Below are positions 1 to 13,360 of a DNA stretch of 64,000 nucleotides, piece by piece. The stretch covers positions 59,148,001 to 59,212,000 of the forward strand of contig OX597814.1 in assembly GCA_951406725.2 (NCBI GenBank), read 5' to 3'. A model generated the notes under the pieces. That model made no database searches. It saw only the letters and a list, made by a program, of their open reading frames with translations, and was not told the origin of the DNA. The first letter of the stretch is position 1; each line of letters opens with the position of its first letter. The position numbers and the translations under genes were made by a program. Origin of the DNA: Octopus vulgaris. Lineage: Eukaryota.

Positions 1-209
1 ATGTTTGTGAGCATGGAAAATATGGTGACCGAGGATATGTACAACTAGTCATATTTTATGATCTGAACAGTCGACAGGAGTCGAATTTATTCCAGCAGCC
101 TAGATAGAGTGGGCGAAAGTTAAGATGCTTAGCTGGAAGTTGTAAAAGTATTATGCATACAATCAACGTTACTGAAGTAATTCTAAAAGCGAAACACAGA
201 ACTATATTT

Positions 210-245
210 CTCCAGCATGGCTGCAGTTAAATGACTGAAACAAGT

Positions 246-247
<2 letters not shown>
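210..247 (+). mobile_element. 3' tail fragment of SINE family A
   Basis: CTCCAGCATGGCTGCAGTTAAATGACTGAAACAAGTA matches the tail of the copies at 46335-46388 and 63415-63460. Confidence 0.6.
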
Positions 248-329
<82 letters not shown>

Positions 330-1866
330 TGCATATTTATATTGCATGTATATGTTGTATATATGTCCACATACATGTATATATTGTATATTTTTCTATC
401 TCTACATATATACACAAGATATATGTATGTGAATATATATGCAATGCATATACATATACTTACATACATATAAGTGTGGGTGTGCGTGGTAAAGCGTGGG
501 GGTGTGTGGGGAAACGTGTGTATGTATGTTTGTGTTTGCTCATGTAGTTTTTGATGAACTTTATATTTTCGTGATATATGAGTACCCGTAATATATGACA
601 GTTCTAAAGTGGTTGAAATTCAGCAGTAAGAAATTACGTTTTCATTCCACCACTGTATAATATATCTGGCAAATACACTTTAAAATAACAATAATTATGA
701 AACGGTCTGTACGTGCTAAGTATTTAATTTTATTAGAGTATTAATACGCTTAACGTATATTAGTTTTGATGGAAATTAATCATATTATAGTTTTAAGGAG
801 AAATATTTTCAGTATAACAATCGCAAAATTTTCTTTTTTTTTTCATATATCTATTACAATATAAAAGTCAAGCATTAATAGGGTTAAATCGTAATATTCT
901 ATTCAGCCAAGAATGTTTCCGAAGCATATTATTATGCAATAAATATTAAATATATTTTGCTGTTTCAAAAAGTGTTAATAACCATATACGGCTGTATTTA
1001 CTTCGTACATGATATTAAGCGCATGCGAACTATTTTTGTTGATTGAGATTAGATATTATGGGAGAGAGTATAAGGTACTCAGTTATTTTTTGTATAAACG
1101 AAAGCCATCTATTCACTCTTCATTCGCAACTGCCGAAAAAATCTACAAAAATATGAATATAGTTTCATCTATGTATTTATGGATACCATACTGAAGATGG
1201 GAGCACGCATTATTCTGATCTTATATATATCTAAATAAGATCACAGAATCCTGAATCATTATAATAATGTAACTGCTGGACTCGCTTACAACCATAAATT
1301 TGTTTCAGAATAATAGTAAACTTATATTTTTATATAAAGAGTTAAATAGTCCCGATATTTATTTCTCCTTTGAAGCGATCGAGACAGCTTGTTTTGCCAT
1401 ATGTGAATCTCCGAGATGAGTAATTCCTGTGGTTGTAACTTGAGATTGGTAAAAGATGAAACACAATTTCCAAGTGTAAGATTAAAGGTGGAAATAACTT
1501 TTGGCCATATTGAAAATATAGGGTTTTGTAAGAAGAGTTAATGACTGCTTCACTGGACTTATATTGAAAAAAATATGTATCGAGCATGAATGAAGATATA
1601 TGTTTCCGGATGTAGTTCGTTCATGCTGCCATGATCAAAACCAATTTGGGAAACCGCATTCAGAACAAAAAATCCTATGATATTTATTGCATTTCATTGT
1701 ATTTTCTGATAAAAGTTATAGTCCGTTCTGACAGTATATGTGATGTCTCCTGTTGGTAGATCAGCAACTCGGATGGGAGATACGTTATGCTGGTTAGAGC
1801 GTATGCTTATGATTAATCTACAATGTTTCAGACAAACGTATGCATATATATATATATATATATATG

Positions 1867-3117
1867 CAGGAGTTGGACAAAAGAATGGAAACAACTTAAA
1901 ATTTCAAACAAATTTATTTTAATATGGGGTAGGACCACTTTTCTTAGTAATTACAACTTGCATTCCACAAGGTATGGACTCATACACAGATTTTTGTCCA
2001 TTCTTCAGCTAAAACATACTTCAGATCTTGTAGTAATGATTGTGGATGATATCGACGCCTTACTAGTTATTTCTAAAATACATCATACATGTTCAAAAAT
2101 ATTGAAATCTGGGGACTGTGGTCGCCAGATAAGATGATCAACTGCACTAGAATGTTCTTCGTGCCAATCAGTAACAATTTTAGCTGTGTGAATTGGTGAT
2201 TATCATCCTGAAAGATTGTGTTTCACTCCGAAAACCGTCCCGCAAACATAGAATAAATTTGATAAGATAAAATGCTTAAATAGTCTTCACTATTAATTCT
2301 ACCATGAAGAAAAACCATTGCGCAGGCAGATCTCCAAGATATAGCCCCCAGATCCTCACAGATCCTCCTCTACGTTTAACAGCTGGATGAAGGCAGTCTG
2401 GGTCAAATGCTTCTCTTGGATGTCTCCACACGTATACACGACCGGTGGTCGGAAATAAGGCTAAAGATTATTCGTCCGAGAAAATAATATTTTCCCTCTT
2501 TCTAGGGACCAAATCTGTATGTTTTTACTGCACCCTAAACGCTTTGCCACATTTGTTTTTGAAAATGGTTTTCTGATTGCAGCCCACCAGTGAAATCCAG
2601 CTTTTTACAGCTCCCACGAACGGCGTCTGTGGAAACTGGATTCTCGAGGTGGTCATAAAGCTCTGCAGTAATTCTGGGAGATGTATTTTTGTGATCCTTT
2701 CTAACAATTGGCATAAGAGTCCGGCGGTCCCTATCTGAAAGTTTTGGTTTTCTTCTGGAGTTTTGTTTCGACGAGGAAGTTTTTCCCTCTTTCTCAAAGG
2801 CTGTCATTACTTTCGAGACAGTACTTCTTGATACACCAAACATTTTGGGTGTTTTCGTTACGCTAACAACTGACATACGGGCACCAAGAATGTGACATCT
2901 TTGAAAATCCAAAAGATCAGTAATTTTAATGAATTTTAATTTTGTTTTTCTAATGATATCTGAAAAGAAACAGCAATTTTAACAAACAAACAAAGCAACA
3001 CTAATAATAGATTTTAAAAAAACATGAAAATAAACAAGCTTTTGACGGTTTTATATTTATCTTTCGACATTATGATGCTATGATGCTAGGTGTTTCAATT
3101 ATTTTGTCCAACCGCAG
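1867..3117 (-). mobile_element. Tc1-type DNA transposon (DD36E), decayed full-length copy 1
   Basis: ~28-bp TIRs (CAGGAGTTGGACAAAAGAATGGAAAC / GTTTCAATTATTTTGTCCAACCGCAG followed by TA). Minus-strand transposase remnants DFQRCHILGAR..GVSRSTVSKV and FQDDN(A)PIH...WRPQSPDFNIFE. Homologous to 47604-48887. Confidence 0.9.
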
Positions 3118-3121
3118 TATA

Positions 3122-3504
3122 TCTCTCTATATATAAACGGCAGTTTGTCTGTGCGTGTTTCTGTGTGTCTGTTTGCTTGTACCCTCACCCTGACCACGGC
3201 TTTCAACCGATTCTGATGAAACTTGACACACACATAGCCCAATGTCATAATTCAAAACTAACGCAGCGAAAATTTTGAAAAGTTCCCCCAGTTCTGAAAA
3301 AATCGATAAATTCGACATGGGGTCGAGAATCAGAAACACAAACCACAGACCGTCTAGGGGACGCAACTCCACCTTTTTTAACTATCAAAAAAAAATTTAC
3401 CATCATTTTTTTCCATTTTTTTGCTATTTTTTGGCTATAACTCTCTAAAAATGCTTTATAGTTATTTCCCTTACAAACCTGAGCAACGCCGGGCGATACT
3501 GCTA

Positions 3505-3505
<1 letters not shown>
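3122..3505 (+). mobile_element. Non-autonomous Helitron
   Basis: 5' TC start, subterminal hairpin CCTGAGCAACGCCGGG, CTAG 3' end, inserted between A and T with no TSD. Its 3' end is shared with 39099-39943. Confidence 0.8.
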
Positions 3506-3540
<35 letters not shown>

Positions 3541-3542
<2 letters not shown>

Positions 3543-3856
3543 GGTAGAACTATTAGAGAATGTTTTCTACCAGTGGTTCGCATGCATAAAATAGCCAATA
3601 GACAACATATTTTTCATATAAAATAAGCGTACATTTATACAGAAAAGAGGTGACCCTAACAGAACACCTTACATGCTAAAAAGAACAGTGAATTCCCAAA
3701 CCACGGTTAAGAGCAATTTCGCAGGGGATGAAAAAATAAAAACATTTTCAATAGTTACCACGTGTACCTAGCTTTCGAACATTAACTGTTTGGGCTTTGA
3801 TTGTTCCTATTACCATGTAAGGTGTCCTTTACAGGACACGTTTCATTGTTGTTTTG

Positions 3857-3866
<10 letters not shown>
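3541..3866. mobile_element. Short (TA)n-flanked interspersed element, possibly PLE-derived
   Basis: Bounded by (TA)n on both sides. Start resembles 48930-49090. Internal inverted CACCTTACATG/CATGTAAGGTG. Minus-strand HHR 3' half (AACAGTTAATGTTC-GAAA-GC-TA). Confidence 0.45.
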
Positions 3867-3906
<40 letters not shown>

Positions 3907-4577
3907 AAAAGTATTTGGGAAATCTTTTTTAACTCCATGTAATTCATATGGAAAGCAATATAGAGATTAAAATATTTGAATCCAGGAATGTTGCTCTAGA
4001 CGGCTCAAATCCGTAAGGTTGAACAATGAAGTTTTCGACACAGCCCATTATATGCCTTCAAATTTTCGTCTTCTCAATTTGTATGTCAATGTTTGAACAA
4101 GCTTTTAAAGAAAACTCCAGATATCGACATACATATACATACATATATATACATATACATAAATGAAGTGTGTACGTGAAGTAATATATGCTTAGAAGTG
4201 ATACCATGTAGTGTGGGAACAGAAACTGTAACCTCCACATCCAGAGCCATCACCCCTGTTCGAGAGTCCGTTATAAATACATTTCTATGGATTTGCTTAT
4301 GTAGAGAAGGAACTCCTAACTTAACAACTTCATAGGGACTTGTCGCCGGATACATACCAATGATAGCATGCGCAGATTTCATATAAATATGGTTATTACA
4401 TTTCGTTATGATTTTCTTGAAGCAGATCTCCAGATAAGTCTTTACAAAATGCTTCTGTTCATTTGTATTCCTTTTCTTTATTCTGTAATCTGTATCATTT
4501 ATACTCCATGTTTATATATTATATATCACAAGCCTATCTCTATTTATCTAACTTACAAACCCTACAAACCCCCCCCC

Positions 4578-4614
<37 letters not shown>

Positions 4615-4651
4615 GCTCACTGTCATTATACCATATAGCAATATAGTTGCT

Positions 4652-4720
<69 letters not shown>

Positions 4721-4767
4721 TTCTCTCTCTCTCTATATATATATATGGGTGTGTGTATATATATTTA

Positions 4768-4862
4768 TTCCCTTCTTTCCTGAGCGTCCAATAATACTTT
4801 ATTTGTTCCACGTCCTTGCGTTGTTTTTTTTTTTGTTTTTGTTTTCTTGTTTGGATTAACTT
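4768..4862 (+). mobile_element. 3' fragment of the minimal-HHR cassette family (cf. 35230-35447)
   Basis: Reverse complement of 35230-35315 (TTCCTGAGCGTCC...TTGGATTAACT); flanked by (TA)n. Confidence 0.65.
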
Positions 4863-6002
4863 TATATATATATATATATATATATATACGTTTGTGTGTA
4901 TATGTGTGCAAGTGTAATTGTGTATGTGAGTTTGTGTGTAAACGAAAGTTTTGATTTAATTACAGTTTAGAACACAACTAAGCTTAAATTTCTTGTGAAA
5001 ATATCCCGAAGTGTGATTTCGCTTGGACATTGATATATCTAACTTGATAGAAATGCACTTACAGTAACTTAAAGCTAGTTATTTATTTCTTACTGTGAAA
5101 CATCCTTCTACGAAAGTGTATAATACGCTTTGTAATTATTCGCAAGTGTATCACCATAATTCAACAACTATATTTATTCCGAGTTTTTAACATATACTCA
5201 TCTAGAGTATATATATTTAGGCCTGCAAATGAACTGCCACAAATGCGGCATAGAATCTAGATGTCGAATGCGATTTCTCAAGTCAAATATGTACTTTAAA
5301 TAATGTTTTCCAGTTCGTAATATTTGCGACTTACTGATCACTCAAAGGAAATGTCAGGCAGACTATATTTTAGCGATTCATTTAAATCACTTCACATTCA
5401 AATTCCATTCCATTTGTGGAATTGCCTGCGTGCAACCACACCCGAAAGAGTAACCTCAAGCGATGTCTAGGTTGTCTGCAACAAATAGTTTGGCTCTCTT
5501 GATCTTCAAATTTATCCACATTTTAGTTTCATAGTCTTCCACCTACGATTAATAAAGTTTATTTTATTGGATATTAACTGTCTATGAAAAAGTTGTGTTC
5601 TTTTTATGTGCCATAAATTTTGCCTAAATTTTCTTGCAAATTTTCTACCACTTAGATTCATCAATTAATTGTTTTTCTTCTATTTATTTCTTAGAAAAAT
5701 GTTGGTATAAGTTTGACATTAATATTATGATGTTGCATCGTCGTTCAAAGTATAGACACCAATATACGTATTTAATCAACTAGAGTATTATATATCGATA
5801 TGAGCAACAAGAGTAAAGTGGATAGTTACAGGAATAGAATTCAAAATGTGTTAAACTATGTAATCACACAGCGTGTATTATCCGACACCTTGCATATTAC
5901 GCATACGTACATATATATGAGTATGTGGGTATGTGTTGGGAAAAAAGTAACACAATTTGAGCATTATTTCTATTCACTTTGCTTCCACTCCTGCCCACGT
6001 CT

Positions 6003-6033
<31 letters not shown>

Positions 6034-6280
6034 TCACTCATACCACTCAACCATATGAGTATATTCCAACACGAACACACTCATGTATATCTCAAAATAT
6101 GTAATTTCCCTCATAGAACCAAATTGTCACACTACGTCATTTTCTGCATCTCTCTTGCTTTTCTCTCTCTTTCTTTCTTTCTCTCTCTCTCTCCCTCACA
6201 CACACACACTTCGACTGACGTTTCCTTTTTCTCACTCTCACTGTACTTTCTCCTGCACTTACTACATCGCCTCATGCTCG

Positions 6281-6393
6281 GAGAAATGAGCGGCAAAATT
6301 GATCTCGGCGGAACATCCAGTCGTTGCCGGAACAGGAATAAATATCTTACGAAATTTTCCGCATGCTATAACAATTCAGCCAGTCCACCCCTT
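6281..6393 (-). mobile_element. Degenerate SINE family B fragment
   Basis: Diverged match to the ATGAAAGGCAAAGTCGACCTCGGCGGAA...GCCAGCTCGCCGCCTT orientation of other copies. Confidence 0.5.
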
Positions 6394-6839
6394 CGTATCT
6401 TCTGAAATATGCTGATAAAGTAATACTTTCTCCAATTCAGTTTCCTACGCGGTCTGACGATAACGAACCTGAAATATTCTCAGACTTTTTAAACTTTAGT
6501 TCCAGAAACTGTTGGTAATGTTGTTGTTGCTGTTGTAGTTGTCGTCCTAACTACTATTGTTGCTGTTGCAGCTGCACCACACAAGCCAATATGTCTTCCA
6601 TGTTAATGATATTTTTCTTTGATTTTGTACCAAGGAAAATATTCTAACGTCAGAAGGAAGATTCGAATATATCATCGCCACTTTTATATCCTTGCTGTTG
6701 CACACAGCACTCTTTGTCTTTCATTGTACTCAGTACTCTTGTTAGCACTTGTTTTTCGTTCCTACGGACTTTAGTGCCATGTTTAATCCCAAGAAGACAT
6801 CTTCTCTAGCTGATTGACACTGCACAACTGTATCCGATA

Positions 6840-7130
6840 TATTGTGAGCAAGGAAATCGAAGCCCTAGCGCATTCTAGCGACAAGACCAACACAGTTATT
6901 CGAACAACTATCATTACGGCAACTTACTTGTTCGGTGCGTGTTCAGTTCGCGCTAACACACCGGCTTCGGTGCGTGTTCAGTTGGCACTAACACATCAGA
7001 TTCGGTGCGATTTTAAACCCGGAACTAACACACCGACTCTTACGACTACTGCCGACCTCTTCTCTCAAACAATTCACCACTCTTTATAAGAGATCGGCTA
7101 GTCCATTCTGCAATGACACTCGCCACAACA
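6840..7130 (-). mobile_element. Possible solo LTR containing a 35-bp tandem repeat (3 copies, 6931-7035)
   Basis: Minus strand runs TGTTGTG...CACAATA (6/7 terminal inverted match) and contains TATAAA. Repeat unit TTCGGTGCGTGTTCAGTTCGCGCTAACACACCGGC starts at 6931, 6966 and 7001. TSD is imperfect. Confidence 0.45.
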
Positions 7131-7312
7131 TATATACTACAGAATCAAATGAGGATTTCTTTTATATTAAACAAAAAGTATAAGACGAACAGTGAAAACG
7201 TATATTAATATTCTTAAACTACTACTGCTACTATTCCTACTACAACTAATACTTCTACTACTACTATTACAACGACTACGACAACTACTCATACTACTAC
7301 TGCTACAAAGAC

Positions 7313-7526
7313 GAAGAAGAAGAAGAAGAAGAAGAAGAAGAAGAAGATGAAGAAGAAGAAGGAGAAGGAGAAGAACAAGGAGAAGAAGAAGAAGAAGAAG
7401 AAGAAGGAGAAGGAGAAGAAGAAGAAGAAGAGGAAAAAGAAGAAAAAGAAGTAGTAGTAGTAGTAGAAGAGGAAGAAGAAGAAGAAGAAGAAGAAGAAGA
7501 AGAAGAAGAAGAAGAAGAAGAAGAAA
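7313..7526. repeat. (GAA)n microsatellite preceded by a (CTA)n-like tract
   Basis: Directly visible. Confidence 0.95.
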
Positions 7527-8787
7527 CTAAAAATAAATTAATAAATAAAACATTATCAGTAATAATATCACGAAGAAAGTATATTGATAACCAATTTCTG
7601 ATGTGTTAGACTATATGAATCTTATCCAGTTAAACCTAGTGTACTGATAACAGACTTCGCACTGCTATAAATATACACGTTCATATATACCGATAAATGT
7701 GCATTTGGCCAGATATCACGGTTATAGGGAACAGAGGGGAAATGGGGATAGTGGTGGAGAGTTCTGTGAGGAAGATATAAAAAAAGAAGTAATATTACAA
7801 TAATAGAAATAATATTACAAAAAATAGTAGACGTAGATAATAATGAAACAGACATAGAATTAAAAAAAATACATACATGTAATTACATATACATGAATGT
7901 AAATAAATATATAACAAAATATATGAATAAATTAAAAAAAGTCGATGAAATATATATAGATAGAACGGTAAAAAATGTCAATGTGGGACGGGAAATGCAT
8001 TGTTTTCGTTTGGATTCAAATCACCGTCCGAACTGAGTGTGAAAGAAAATCAGTTAAAATAGGAAATATTAGTACAGTTAGAAAGTATTCTTTTAGGTGA
8101 TATCAAACGAGATACACTAGATCAGTGTAGACAATATTAGTGCAAAGGTGGAACGGAATAATTAGCACAATTAGAGAAGATACAGAAAACAGTTGTTCTT
8201 CGGGAGTGTTCAAATTATAAGTGATGTCCTATTCCGAGAAGACAGTGTTTATATTGGTAGCTGAAGGTATTATGAAAGCACATGCGCCATAGTCAAAGGA
8301 TTTTCATGAGACAAAGTTGTATTACAGAATCGAAGATTGTGAACTACATATGGCATCGATGTAGTAGAGTATGAACATCATTTCAAATATTAGAAATTTG
8401 TAGGATAGAGAAGGAAATCAAAACATAGTCAGTTTAGTTGAGAAATCGAGGAAAGATTTAGCCAGAAACAGAGAGAAAATGGAATGTTACTTTCAATTTA
8501 TGCTTACAATTAACAACAAATTCTCACAACTAATAAAATTTTGAAAGACTCGCGTAAACAGACTGTGCAAGCTTCTCTATCGCATTGTTATTATTTGGCT
8601 GAGACTATAATAGACCAGTTACTATGATAACTTTTTTCCTTCGATTTCAAAGTAGAAATACAATTTAAAAGATATATAGATATAATTTCATTCATCATGA
8701 ATAAATGAATCGTTATGGACAGAAATTATTTTCTTGACCAAGTTTATTGAAGCGACAATTTAAAACGGTCTCTTATGAATTAATTTC

Positions 8788-9330
8788 ATATCACAGTATG
8801 ACAGTATTGGCCAGACTATCAGATGCTGGTCACAAGGCACTTCCGATTGTCTTGATTTTGTCATATTTTCCATCCTGACGTAAATTGCTTTACTAAATCA
8901 TCTTTCCATCATCGTGCAGGCTTTCCGAAATCTTGGATACCACTTGGCAATTGCACTGGTCTATCTGTTGTCTGTGAACCTTGCGACATGTCCAGATCAG
9001 CAGAACGTTTTCTTTCAGTATTCTGCAATCACATCGTTCAATTCCTTCCGCTCTCGTATTATCTAATTTCGAATGTATTTTCATAATGACATTCCTAACA
9101 GGCATCGTTCCATTGACCTTTGTGTCGTAGGCAATCGATGCTCTATTCACTTCATAGTAGCCCACGTATAAAAGCGCAGGTATCACAGGGGGTATTTTTG
9201 AAGAGCTTGGCACAAATGGAAACTTCTTTAGTTAAAGGCTTTCCATCCACCACCTATTCTCCCATATTTATTGTGCATCCTAAGTACTCCTTTACATTGC
9301 CTCCAAACACTATTCGGTCTTGTGCTACGT
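8788..9330 (-). mobile_element. RTE-clade LINE 3' fragment (decayed)
   Basis: Minus-strand translation TTQRSMERCLLGMSL*KYIRN*IIRER...GHVARFTDNR*TSAIAKWYPR matches the RTE C-terminal pattern (MERxxLGxS..IRN..IR..WAGHVAR..DNRW..W.PR). Confidence 0.75.
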
Positions 9331-9432
9331 CTTCCGATCAGATATATTTTATTTTCATGCAGTTGACGACGACCACGACGACTAGAGTAGTGAAGTATTT
9401 AGTGATGCAATGGATGATAAAAATAGCTCTTG

Positions 9433-9491
<59 letters not shown>

Positions 9492-10659
9492 GTGTGTGTG
9501 TGTGTCCAGAACAACAGTTACAAATTAGGTAGATGCCACATAAGCGTCCTAGGAATTAGTAAATATTTATATGTATATATATATATATGCGTATACATAT
9601 ACATATATACACATATATATATGTAAATGAATGTATATGAATGATGTATGTGTATGTATGTGTGCGTATATATGTATATATGCATGTATATATGTATGTA
9701 CAGTGTAATTTTTCATAGGTCAATCTTCTTTGCTTGTAATCAACCAGCTTGTTGTTCAAGATCTGTTACTGGAATAATATGCTTATACGATTGACTCTTT
9801 ATTGGTAAAGTGTGGCTAGGTAGTTTCATTTTCTTGTGCCTTTTCTATCTTACTCGGTTGACTGTAACCACCGTGAATGCTTTCTGCTATGAGGTTTACA
9901 AAAATAACACATTTATCATTGGGTTATATTATTATGTTTCACTTTGAACGAAATATATTTCCAAAGCGATCAAACGTTCCAATATTTGCACTGAAGTAAG
10001 GGATTTGCTACGAATGTTATGCTTTATATTTACTCTCAATCAACGACTATATACCATTTTTATGTATGGTCTGCAGTTTTTAATCAACAGTGTACATATT
10101 TTATTTTCCTCAAGTGTTCTCTGGGCATATATTCTTGTCTACAATTGCACTCTACTTGTATAGTTCCCGTGTTAAAAGTGTGCTTTGTCTGAATTTTTGT
10201 TCACGATACGCTTATATCTCATTGAAGATGTGAAATACATAAGAATTAATGCAACAAAGACCCAAGGGATTTTTATAGATATGTTTAAAAGATGAGGTAT
10301 GTAACCCTAACGACGGGACTTATAAGCAAAGTAAATAAGTTGCATTTCTACTTTTAGTAATAAAATCATTTTAGCATGGAGAGACTGATTAAAGTTCTAC
10401 ACCACTGCTACATAATAAGCAATTAAAAAGAAACTCAGAACGGTATAGGCGTCGCTCAAAGATCCTATGGGAAATTTATAAAGATTTCTAATATATATGT
10501 ATATTTGTATATATATATACACGTTTGTGTGCATGTGCATATTTATATAAAGGTATGTATATACATATACTTATATAGATACACACACTCACGTATGCGT
10601 GTGTATGTATACGGGTGAGTGTGTGTCTATGTAGATGTATGTTAGTGTGTGCTTTTAGT

Positions 10660-10872
10660 ATGTGTCTGTCTCCCCGTCATCGCTTGAAAACCGGTATGGA
10701 CTTGTTTATGACCCCATGAATAAGTGATTCGGAAAAATAATCCGATAAAAGAAGCAACAGGATTCAAAAACTTTATAAATAAATAAAAAATAATATATTT
10801 TTTTTAAAGTACAGGGTCGATCCTACAAAACTACCTCAGTATAGCTTCAGTCTAATGAATGAAAGAAAAGAT
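10660..10872 (+). mobile_element. Degenerate 3' half of SINE family A
   Basis: Diverged match to CATCGCTTGACAACCG...GGGGTCGA...CAGTC..ATGACTGAAA. Confidence 0.5.
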
Positions 10873-11038
10873 AATATATTATTTATATGTGTGTGTGTAT
10901 GTGTGTGTGTGCGTGTGTGTGTGTGTGCGTGTGTGTGTATACATATATATGCATATATATATGTATACATATATATATATATATGCATATATTATATATA
11001 CATAAACGTATAATAAATATGTAAATAGAAATATATAC

Positions 11039-11080
<42 letters not shown>

Positions 11081-11968
11081 ATCTACATATACATACATAC
11101 ATACATGAGAGTGTGCGTGTGTGTGTTTGTGCGTATTGATGTGTAAGTATGTATATTTTAAGATGTAATGTTTTATCAAAAATATCTCTGTTTTTTAATA
11201 ATCCATGCATATCTCGGAAATATTAAATCCCGAATCCAAAAACAAATGCTATACGGGAATACTTAAATCCTATAAATTGCTTATGGATTTCTTCTCTCAT
11301 TCCTCTTTGATCCAGAATTGTTCATGTATTTCAGTGAGTGTGTGTGGGATGCATGTATGTGTGTGTGTGTGCATATTTGTGTATTCGCACTTGTATTTGT
11401 ACACGGGAATACCTACTATACATCCACGAATACACAGTGCATTTCACACACGACAAGTAATAGATGGAGCCTAGACATATGTATATAAATTGGGGTACTG
11501 AACAGCTCTTGGATTTGGGTAAAAAGAAAAGGAAGAAAGATGAGTTAAATATGATTTTCTGCAACATATTACCCTCTCAGATACACACAATATTGCACCA
11601 CTCCTTCAGTTCTTCTAAGCCCTGTAAAAAGATCTCAGAAAATGGGCCTTCAGCCAGGCTTTCGCGACATCCTTAAAGCCTGAAATATTTCTGCACCCCT
11701 TGAACATGCATGCAAACATAAACATAAACATAATTTTTACATATTGTATAGAGCCACATAGAATGTCCTTGAATAATTATTTTGATTGTATATTTATGTT
11801 AAAGCATATCATACAATATCTTCGAAGCTGTTTTAAGATGTGTATCACTAAAGATTTTCGCTTTATTGTCTTTCCATAGAATGGCTTGTGATCTCGGTAT
11901 TAATGCGATTCAGAATATAACTAAAGATCAATTGCAAAAGGTATTCCTGAACCAACAGCATCACATTC

Positions 11969-12304
11969 TGAGACCCCATTCGGTCATTATTGACCGTGGG
12001 ATGGCACCTTGAAAGTTATCCTTCCAGGCACAAGTCCGGGCAAGGCTGTTTATGGAAGAACAGCAGTCGCCCATGCATACCAGCCTCCCCTCTTCACGCC
12101 ACTGATGTTATCCAAGGGAAAGGCAAAGGCCGATACAGCTTGGCACCTGTGACGTTGCAACTCATTTCTACAGCTGAGTGAACTGGAGCAACGTGAAATA
12201 AAGTGTTTGCTCAAGAACACAACACGCAAACCGGTCTGGGGTTCGAGCTCACAACCACACGATCGTAAGCTCGACGCTCTAACCACAGAGTCATGCGCCT
12301 TCAC
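11969..12304 (-). mobile_element. tRNA-derived SINE family D with CORE-like central domain
   Basis: Minus strand head GGCGCATGACTCTGTGGTTAGAGCG...GAGCTCGAACCC (Pol III A/B boxes), then GTGTTGTGTTCTTGAGCAAACACTTTATTTCACGTTGCTCC. Confidence 0.75.
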
Positions 12305-12580
12305 ATTATATATGTAATAAAAACACAGAATATATCTCATAATAGAGAAATATATGCATACAGAGAGACATATTCACATATCATTATATATATAAAGATA
12401 ATTATATAGTGATTTTTTAATTATTTGAACATATATAATATATACATATAGACGTATACATAATATATATATATACTTAAACATACACATACACACACAC
12501 ACACATACACACACACATGCACACACACATATATATATATATACAAACATTCATACATATATATAAACATACATATATAC

Positions 12581-12616
<36 letters not shown>

Positions 12617-13066
12617 CCATACATACATACATATATGTGTATTTGCGTGTGTGTGTCTGTTTACTATTTTGACAATGTGTGTGTGCGCGTGAGTGTGCAC
12701 ATAGAGTGAGACTGGGTTATAATCACTTCTACAGATGCAGTTACATAAAAATGCATATATGCAAACTGATTTGGATCCATCCAAGCTTACATACGTGAAG
12801 TTGTGCTACGCTTACATGTATATTAATATGTCGTATATATAAATGCTTTAGGCAATTTTTACCCTTAGAAAGCGATATATATATATATTTGTATTTATAT
12901 TTATGTATGTAAATAAATATATACATAGATATGAATATTTATGCATGCGTGTACGGCTATGTATTTATGAGTATCATTCGATATGAATATCTAAATAAAA
13001 GCATGTCCGCATATATGCACACACGCACATACATACACACACAAATACACTCACACACACGCACAC

Positions 13067-13114
<48 letters not shown>

Positions 13115-13258
13115 CTACAAAAAATGAAAGAGGTGGGAGAAAGAAAGAATGTATGGAACAGAGAAAGACATAAGAAACACAAGAAAGGATGAAGTTCAAA
13201 CAGAAAGATGCTTCTTAAAAAGAAATATATCGCATACATACACACACACACGCACATG

Positions 13259-13299
<41 letters not shown>

Positions 13300-13327
13300 A
13301 TATTTATATATATATATATATATATGA

Positions 13328-13360
<33 letters not shown>

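Noticed and set aside
4024-4081. Minus-strand TTGAGAA-GAC...GTC-GAAA motif
   Set aside because: Too degenerate in stems I and III to call without family copies
5800-6405. 201-aa ORF
   Set aside because: Runs through microsatellites and an antisense SINE fragment; no recognisable protein features
6450-6485. CTGACGA...GAAA hammerhead-like boxes
   Set aside because: No stem II or stem I complementarity
6931-7035. 35-bp periodic repeat as a CRISPR-like array
   Set aside because: Contiguous tandem units without unique spacers, in a eukaryotic context with no cas genes
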